From Bacteroidales bacterium (GTDB lineage: Bacteria > Bacteroidota > Bacteroidia > Bacteroidales > UBA3824): a stretch of 64,000 nucleotides of DNA. Positions 58,210 to 64,000 of this stretch are shown one piece after another. The notes beneath the pieces were generated by a model. It saw nothing but the letters and a program-made list of their open reading frames with translations. It did no database searches and was not told where the DNA came from. The stretch is taken from the NCBI GenBank assembly GCA_016286055.1, contig JAEERW010000016.1:10932-74931 (forward strand). Reading direction: 5' to 3'. The translations under genes and the position numbers were made by a program. The first letter of the stretch is position 1. Each line of letters opens with the position of its first letter.

Positions 58210-59765
58210 TACAATTCTTTTCTAAGGCGTGCTACAAGTATGTTCATCTGTTCGCGATATTTTGCCACAGTGCGTCGTGCAATCTGATAACCGCGTTGTT
58301 GGAGAATCTTGGCGAGTTTTTCGTCGGTAAGGGGCTGACGCTTGCTCTCGTTGTCGATGCACTCTTTGAGTATCTTCTTGATTTCGCGGGTAGAAACCTC
58401 ATCACCATCTGTGGTTTGCATACCTTCGGAAAAGAAGAATTTAAGCGGAAAAATACCAAAATGAGTTTGAATATACTTGCTGTTTGCCACACGCGAAATG
58501 GTGGAAATGTCGAAACCTGTGGCGTCGGCTATGGTTTTGAGAATCATTGGCTTCAACTTGGTTTCGTCGCCATCTTCAAAATACTCTTTTTGATAGTCGA
58601 GGATAGCCTGCATTGTTATCATAAGTGTATTCTGACGCTGCTTAATAGCCTCGATAAACCATTTTGCGCTGTCGAGTTTCTGCTTTACAAAGAGTAAAGT
58701 TTCCTTATCTTTCTTATTACCCTTCGACTTACCTACGCTGTCAATCATATCAGCGTAAGTGCGGTTGATACGCAGTTCGGGAACGTTTTTGGAATTAAGA
58801 TGGAGAATAAAATCGCCGTCGTGATCTTCCAATATAAAGTCGGGAATAATATGCTGAGTACTTTTTGAGAGTTGCGGTGCAAAAATACTTCCCGGCTTGG
58901 GATTCAAACGTGTGATATCCTCAACAGCCTGTTTCAACTGTTTTTCTGTAATATCGGTTTTAGAAAGTATCTTGTCGTAATGCTTTTTAGAAAATTCCTC
59001 AAAAAACTCTTTTAGAATTAGATATTCAAATTTCAGAATGGTTTTGTCGCCCTTTTGCGAGCGGTAGTTGCGCATAACCTGCAACATAAGGCACTCACGC
59101 AAATCACGTGCTCCTACGCCGGCAGGGTCAAAATCTTGAATTATAGTAAGGATTTTCAAAAGTTCCTTTTCGGTGGTCTCGTATCCAGCAGTAAATGCAA
59201 TATCGTCAACAATGTTTTCAATATCGCGGCGCAGATAACCGTCCTCGTCAATATTACCGATGATATATTCTGCAAGCAGTTGCTCATCCTCGTTCATTAC
59301 GCCGAGACCGAGTTGCGAAAGCAGATACTCGTGGAGCGAATTACCCGAAGAATAAGGAATGTCGGAACGGCGGTCGTCGTCATCATCGCTGTAATTATTT
59401 GAGTTTAGGCGATAGTTTGGAGTGTCATCGTCTTCGAGATAATCCTCCACGGTAAACTCCTCGTCGCTCTGAGTTTTTTTAAACTCGTCGTCGTTGTAGT
59501 CGTCGTTGATGTCGCGCTCGGGTTCATCGTATTCAGGACCATCGAGAGAATCGTCGTCGCCTTCGTGGTCGGAAGAATAATCATCTGTGCTGCGGGTGTT
59601 ATCGTCCATATCCTCGCCGCCCTCTTCAAGCACGGGATTCTCCTCAATCTCGCGTTTGATTCGCTGCTCTAACTGTATAGTAGGTATCTCCAACAGTTTT
59701 ATCAACTGTATTTGTTGCGGCGAAAGTTTCTGCAACAGTTTCTGTTGAAGTTTCTGATTAAGCAT
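58209..59765 (-). CDS. rpoN: RNA polymerase sigma-54
   Basis: Gln/Leu-rich region I, DPAGVGAR.L.ECL, STISR, RpoN box ARRTVAKYRE; start at ATG 59765. Confidence 0.97.
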   Translation of the reverse strand: MLNQKLQQKLLQKLSPQQIQLIKLLEIPTIQLEQRIKREIEENPVLEEGGEDMDDNTRSTDDYSSDHEGDDDSLDGPEYDEPERDINDDYNDDEFKKTQSDEEFTVEDYLEDDDTPNYRLNSNNYSDDDDDRRSDIPYSSGNSLHEYLLSQLGLGVMNEDEQLLAEYIIGNIDEDGYLRRDIENIVDDIAFTAGYETTEKELLKILTIIQDFDPAGVGARDLRECLMLQVMRNYRSQKGDKTILKFEYLILKEFFEEFSKKHYDKILSKTDITEKQLKQAVEDITRLNPKPGSIFAPQLSKSTQHIIPDFILEDHDGDFILHLNSKNVPELRINRTYADMIDSVGKSKGNKKDKETLLFVKQKLDSAKWFIEAIKQRQNTLMITMQAILDYQKEYFEDGDETKLKPMILKTIADATGFDISTISRVANSKYIQTHFGIFPLKFFFSEGMQTTDGDEVSTREIKKILKECIDNESKRQPLTDEKLAKILQQRGYQIARRTVAKYREQMNILVARLRKEL

Positions 59766-59853
59766 AATATTTCGGTTATTAATTTTTAATAACACAAAAA
59801 TAAGGAATAATCTTTAATGTTGGTATATTTTATGCAACAATTTTTTCTTTTTT

Positions 59854-60882
59854 TTAAAACTTGGTCTCGGAAGTTACCCTAAACACGGCAGTTGTCTTAG
59901 AGCCGCGTTTGTAAAATTCGCAGAGCCAACCACGCTGCAAAAATTTTTCGCGAAGAGTTTCGGCAGAAGTTTCGGTGGTGAATGAAACAATATTTGCGCA
60001 AGGTTTTTCGGGATTGAAGCCCATTTCGCGGAGAGTGTCGTAAAGGCGGAGAACGTTTTCGCAGAGGGCATCGCGCTCATCATCAGAATAATCAATAAAT
60101 GTTTGAAGGTCGAAGGCGGCAGTGGCAAGCGTACCTTGCTGAACGCTTACCGAATATCTAAGCGATACAGACCGACGGCGAAGAAGTTCTATCAAAGTGG
60201 AATCGCCACAGACAAACGCTCCTACCGAGGCTTTGAGAGTGGATTGAAGATTAACGATTTTTAAATCGGCAAAACCACGAATGCCGCAATGCTCGTCGCT
60301 ACCACGTCCGTTTTTACCACAGGCGAGAAAACCGAAACTATCGTCTACCACCACCAAAGCGTTGTATTTTTCTGCCAATTGTTTTATGGCGTTGAGATTG
60401 GCACATTGCCCCGAATCGCAAAAAATACCGTCGGTAACTATCATCCTGATTCTCCGCATTTGCGATAGTTTCAATTTATCTTCAAGTTTAGACATATCGT
60501 TGTGGCGGAAGCGGAGTTTTTCGGCAGCAGAAAGACGTATGCCACGCATCAAAGAGGGATTGCAATATTCGTCGTAAATAATGGCGTCGGTATCGTTTAA
60601 GAGGTTGGCGGCAAAATCGGCAGTAATAGCCTCGTAAGATGGAAACACCAATATTTCAGGCACTTGAAGAAAATCACAAACTACGGATTCAAACTCCTTT
60701 TGTTCTTTGGTAACACCGCACGAATAGGTGTTGAAAATGGTTTGGAAGCCACCCATTACACCAGTGTTAGAAAAATTAATAATTGATGTATTATCAAAGT
60801 CGAAAACCATATCAGATGGTCGCGATATGGCTTTCGACATTACAAGTTCTTCTTCAAAAAACTGACGGCTGTTTGAATCCAT
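59854..60882 (-). CDS. Kbl/BioF-like (alpha-oxoamine synthase fold) protein lacking catalytic residues
   Basis: GIRLS.A....F.HNDM..LE, IVTDGIF, LVVVDDS, GKNGRG motifs; the His and PLP-Lys positions are substituted. Confidence 0.75.
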   Translation of the reverse strand: MDSNSRQFFEEELVMSKAISRPSDMVFDFDNTSIINFSNTGVMGGFQTIFNTYSCGVTKEQKEFESVVCDFLQVPEILVFPSYEAITADFAANLLNDTDAIIYDEYCNPSLMRGIRLSAAEKLRFRHNDMSKLEDKLKLSQMRRIRMIVTDGIFCDSGQCANLNAIKQLAEKYNALVVVDDSFGFLACGKNGRGSDEHCGIRGFADLKIVNLQSTLKASVGAFVCGDSTLIELLRRRSVSLRYSVSVQQGTLATAAFDLQTFIDYSDDERDALCENVLRLYDTLREMGFNPEKPCANIVSFTTETSAETLREKFLQRGWLCEFYKRGSKTTAVFRVTSETKF

Positions 60883-60899
60883 AGTTTAAATAATGATGG

Positions 60900-61841
60900 T
60901 TATTTTCGCTTATAATAAGTTTTTACTCCTGTGCTACTTTCGCGGCAGTTGCCGGTATACTTGTAAGTGATTTCATCGGTGTCGGACGAATTATCCTCTT
61001 TATAGTTACTTTTAGTAACAGATTTAATCAAACGTCCGGCATTGTCGTATTCGTAAGTAGAATTAGAGGTCATAGCCGTATTCTCGTAAATCTGTTTTGA
61101 CAATGTTCCATCGGCATTATACTCATTAGTAGTGGTTTCGGCAACTTCCCATTTTCCATTTTTGGCTTTACGCTTTGTTTCAGAACTCTTTACAAGATAT
61201 TTACCACCTATCGAAACATAAGATATGCGAGTTTCTGATAAGCCCTCTTCCTGAGAATTTACAACTATAAGAGTGTCATTATTATTTGCGTCAAAATATT
61301 TCTCGGTTATAGTTTTTTTGGGCTCGCACTCCATCATCGAAAGAATACGGGTTTCGGTACTTTTGTTACCCTCGTATTTGGTTGTGGAGGTCTCCTCGCC
61401 GCCGTCGGCACCGTAATAGGTTTCTACAAGACGGTTTTGCGAATCATAGGTATAAGTGTCGGTGGTTTCAATCTCAGAATCGCTGATAGGGTCGTAATAA
61501 ACGTAAGACGTGAGGTTGCCATTGTCGTCGTAGTTATAGTTGACAATGCATCCGCAACGGTTTTCCTCGTAATAGTCGGCGAATTTTTTACTTATTCTGT
61601 CTTTGGCATCATATTCCAAACGGTAGGCAGTGTCGCCATTGCTTTGAATTTCGTAAAGCGGTTTTTCCCAATCGATACCATCGTCAACGGGCTGGGCGGG
61701 TTGCGGTTCGGGTTGAGTTTCGGTAACGGCAGATGCAGTGGAATCAACATTCTGAGCGGTTTGATTATTACCATTGGATGCGCATCCTGCCAAAACTGCA
61801 AGCGATGCCAATGATAAAATAGTTAGATAATGGTTTTTCAT
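60900..61841 (-). CDS. lipoprotein with YD-like repeats (paralogue C)
   Basis: Lipobox LAGC; repeated Y.YD..GRL motifs. Confidence 0.8.
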   Translation of the reverse strand: MKNHYLTILSLASLAVLAGCASNGNNQTAQNVDSTASAVTETQPEPQPAQPVDDGIDWEKPLYEIQSNGDTAYRLEYDAKDRISKKFADYYEENRCGCIVNYNYDDNGNLTSYVYYDPISDSEIETTDTYTYDSQNRLVETYYGADGGEETSTTKYEGNKSTETRILSMMECEPKKTITEKYFDANNNDTLIVVNSQEEGLSETRISYVSIGGKYLVKSSETKRKAKNGKWEVAETTTNEYNADGTLSKQIYENTAMTSNSTYEYDNAGRLIKSVTKSNYKEDNSSDTDEITYKYTGNCRESSTGVKTYYKRK

Positions 61842-61886
61842 TGTAAATAAAAGTTTTAACTAATGATATGTAAAAGATTGAATTAC

Positions 61887-62738
61887 TTATTTTTTTGCAT
61901 AGTATGTTTTATATCCGTTGTCCTCGATTTTGCAGTTGCCATCGTAAGAATAAGTGTAAGTACTGGTCCTGGCGGGATCGCCGTCGCCATAATCACTAAC
62001 ACAAATACTTTTGGTCAACCTGCCGTATTGGTCGTATTCGTTATCCTTTTTAAAAGAAACAAATTTTTGTCCATCTTTGGTCTCCTTGTTGGTAATCGAT
62101 GATTTTAAAACCTTTTTACCGTTGATGGTGACGTATGTAAAGCGAGTGGTATAGATGTCGGGCTTGACAGTGTAGTCGGGTTCGGTATCGTCCGCTCTGC
62201 GAACCAACTGCGATTTGTCTATCTCCAAAGTATCGTTTCCGTCGGCATCAAAATAGGTTTCAATAACGTTTTTATAGATCTCCTCCGAATATGATTCTGA
62301 CTCAGTGATTTTTTTGTTGCCTTCATAGCGGTATGTGGAGGTTACATCGGATGATAGGTCATGTGTTTTGTAGGCAATAACACGGTTTTGCGAATCGAAT
62401 TGTTTAGAATAACTTCCGATTTCCAGATCTTCGGAAACACAAGAAGTGTCGTTACCGGCGGCATCGTAATAATAAGTAGAATACGACTCCTCACTGTTAT
62501 CAGAATAGTAAGAGACCTTTACAAGTTTGCCGGAAGCATTGTATTGATACACTGTGGAAGTATCTCCCATTTTGTCAAGAGAATAAAGCGGTTTTCCCCA
62601 ATCGATACCGTCGTCAACGGGCTGGGCGGGTTGCTGTTCAGTGTCATTCTGAGCGTTTTGATTGTTACCATTGGATGCGCATCCTGCCAAAACTGCAAGC
62701 GATGCCAATGATAAAATAGTTAGATAATGATTTTTCAT
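61887..62738 (-). CDS. lipoprotein with YD-like repeats (paralogue B)
   Basis: First 27 aa identical to paralogue C; body highly similar to paralogue A. Confidence 0.8.
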   Translation of the reverse strand: MKNHYLTILSLASLAVLAGCASNGNNQNAQNDTEQQPAQPVDDGIDWGKPLYSLDKMGDTSTVYQYNASGKLVKVSYYSDNSEESYSTYYYDAAGNDTSCVSEDLEIGSYSKQFDSQNRVIAYKTHDLSSDVTSTYRYEGNKKITESESYSEEIYKNVIETYFDADGNDTLEIDKSQLVRRADDTEPDYTVKPDIYTTRFTYVTINGKKVLKSSITNKETKDGQKFVSFKKDNEYDQYGRLTKSICVSDYGDGDPARTSTYTYSYDGNCKIEDNGYKTYYAKK

Positions 62739-62783
62739 TGTAAATAACAGTTTTAATTAATGATATGTAAAATATTGAATTAC

Positions 62784-63674
62784 TTATTTTTTTGCATAGT
62801 ATGTTTTATAACCGTAAGTGTCGGTTTTGCAGTTGCCATCGTAAGAATAAGTGTAAGTATCGGTAGTGGCAGGATCGCCGTTGCCCTGATCCGAAACACA
62901 AATATTTTTGGTCAACCTGCCGTATTGGTCGTATTCGTTATCCTCCTTAGAAAAAACAAATTTTTTCCCGTCTTTGGTCTCCTTGTTGGTAACCGATGAT
63001 TTTAAAACCCTCTTGCCGTTGATGGTTACGTAGGTATTGCGGGTGGTAAAAATATCGGGCTTAACAGAGTAGTCGGGGTCGGTATCGGACGCTTCGCGAA
63101 CCAACTGCGATTTATTTATAACCAAAGTATCGTTTCCATCGGCATCAAAATAGGTTTCAATAACTTCTTTATAGATACACTCGGAAAGGGATGATTCTGA
63201 CTCAGTGATTTTTTTGTTGCCCTCATAGCGGTATGTGGCGGATTCTGAATCAGATTCGCCATCCATTTCGTAGGCAATAACACGGTTTTGCGAATCGAAT
63301 TTTTTTGAAAAACCTCCGCAGGGTAATTCCTGACTTTCGTCTACGAAAAATGAAACACAAGAAGTGTCGTTACCGGCGGCATCGTAATAATATTTACTTC
63401 CCGACATTAAATGTTTTTCGTAATAGTTACTGTGCTTAACAAGTTTGCCGGCAGCATTGTATTGATACACATCGGATGTATCTCCCTTTTCGTCAAGCGA
63501 ATAAAGTGGTTTTTCCCAATCAATACCATCGTCTAATACCTGAGATTCTGATTTGGTTTCAGTGGCGGCGGAGGCAGTTGAATCTACATTCTGAGCGTTT
63601 TGATGTGAATTGTTTGATGCGCATCCTGCCAAAACAGCCGATGCACACAAAATTGTTAAATAGTTGATTTTCAT
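62784..63674 (-). CDS. lipoprotein with YD-like repeats (paralogue A)
   Basis: Lipobox LAGC, DDGIDWEKPLY shared motif; TACCTTTG promoter at 63710-63717 (minus). Confidence 0.8.
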   Translation of the reverse strand: MKINYLTILCASAVLAGCASNNSHQNAQNVDSTASAATETKSESQVLDDGIDWEKPLYSLDEKGDTSDVYQYNAAGKLVKHSNYYEKHLMSGSKYYYDAAGNDTSCVSFFVDESQELPCGGFSKKFDSQNRVIAYEMDGESDSESATYRYEGNKKITESESSLSECIYKEVIETYFDADGNDTLVINKSQLVREASDTDPDYSVKPDIFTTRNTYVTINGKRVLKSSVTNKETKDGKKFVFSKEDNEYDQYGRLTKNICVSDQGNGDPATTDTYTYSYDGNCKTDTYGYKTYYAKK

Positions 63675-63788
63675 AATTATAAAAAATTAATTGATTAAAT
63701 AATACAGGGCAAAGGTAAAAAAATTAATCTACATATTATATTAATTCGTAAATTTGCATTGAATCTAAAACTTATAAACACAGCACAA

Positions 63789-64000
63789 ATGGTAAAATAC
63801 AAACGCATATTATTGAAACTCAGCGGCGAAGCACTTGCCGGCGAAGATCATTACGGCATCAACGCCTCTACCCTCGAAGAATTTGGAAAAGAAATTTTGG
63901 AACTTACCAACGATGGTGTTCAGGTGGGAATAGTTGTGGGCGGAGGAAACATTTTCCGCGGACTCACCGGCACAAGCAAGGGCATAGAACGCACCAAGGG
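63789..64000 (+). CDS. pyrH: UMP kinase, 5' part (runs off the window; absent from the ORF track)
   Basis: Translates MVKYKRILLKLSGEAL...IVVGGGNIFRG; TAAATTTG promoter at 63749-63756. Confidence 0.93.
   Translation, partial: MVKYKRILLKLSGEALAGEDHYGINASTLEEFGKEILELTNDGVQVGIVVGGGNIFRGLTGTSKGIERTK

Noticed and set aside
61887-63674. Diversity-generating retroelement template/variable pair
   Set aside because: Differences are not adenine-restricted, both copies are full genes and no reverse transcriptase is present

Overview
Chromosomal window from a Bacteroidota (Bacteroidales-like) anaerobe. The evidence is TAnnTTTG promoters before many genes, alpha2-type glyQS, a MurF-Alr fusion, a TonB receptor, and DUF2723/DUF5686/DUF5723-type genes. 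Housekeeping genes are truA, glyQS, class I fumarase, alr, ubiX, dusB, lepA, rpoN, partial pyrH, two tRNA-Phe and one tRNA-Gln. No integrase, transposase, CRISPR array or prophage is visible. The best candidate for an undescribed system is a four-gene operon at 49.5-57.6 kb. Three of its genes share an N-terminal domain resembling SrfA. The first looks like a complete SrfA with a subtilisin inserted. The last two appear to be one ancestral gene split mid-domain around a REP doublet, and no srfB/srfC is nearby. Other points of interest are a transmembrane vWA-FHA / PP2C-LysM / kinase-SH3 signalling operon next to alr, an atypical ECF sigma/anti-sigma-like pair followed by a nuclease-fold/TPR/TM/WG protein, two promoter-to-terminator sRNA candidates, an orphan Cys-type GH24 lysozyme with a structured leader, an HTH-STAND ATPase, several apparent pseudoenzymes, an MscS with a ~105 aa insert and a mosaic triplet of lipoproteins. 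All family calls come from motif recognition by eye, not database searches.
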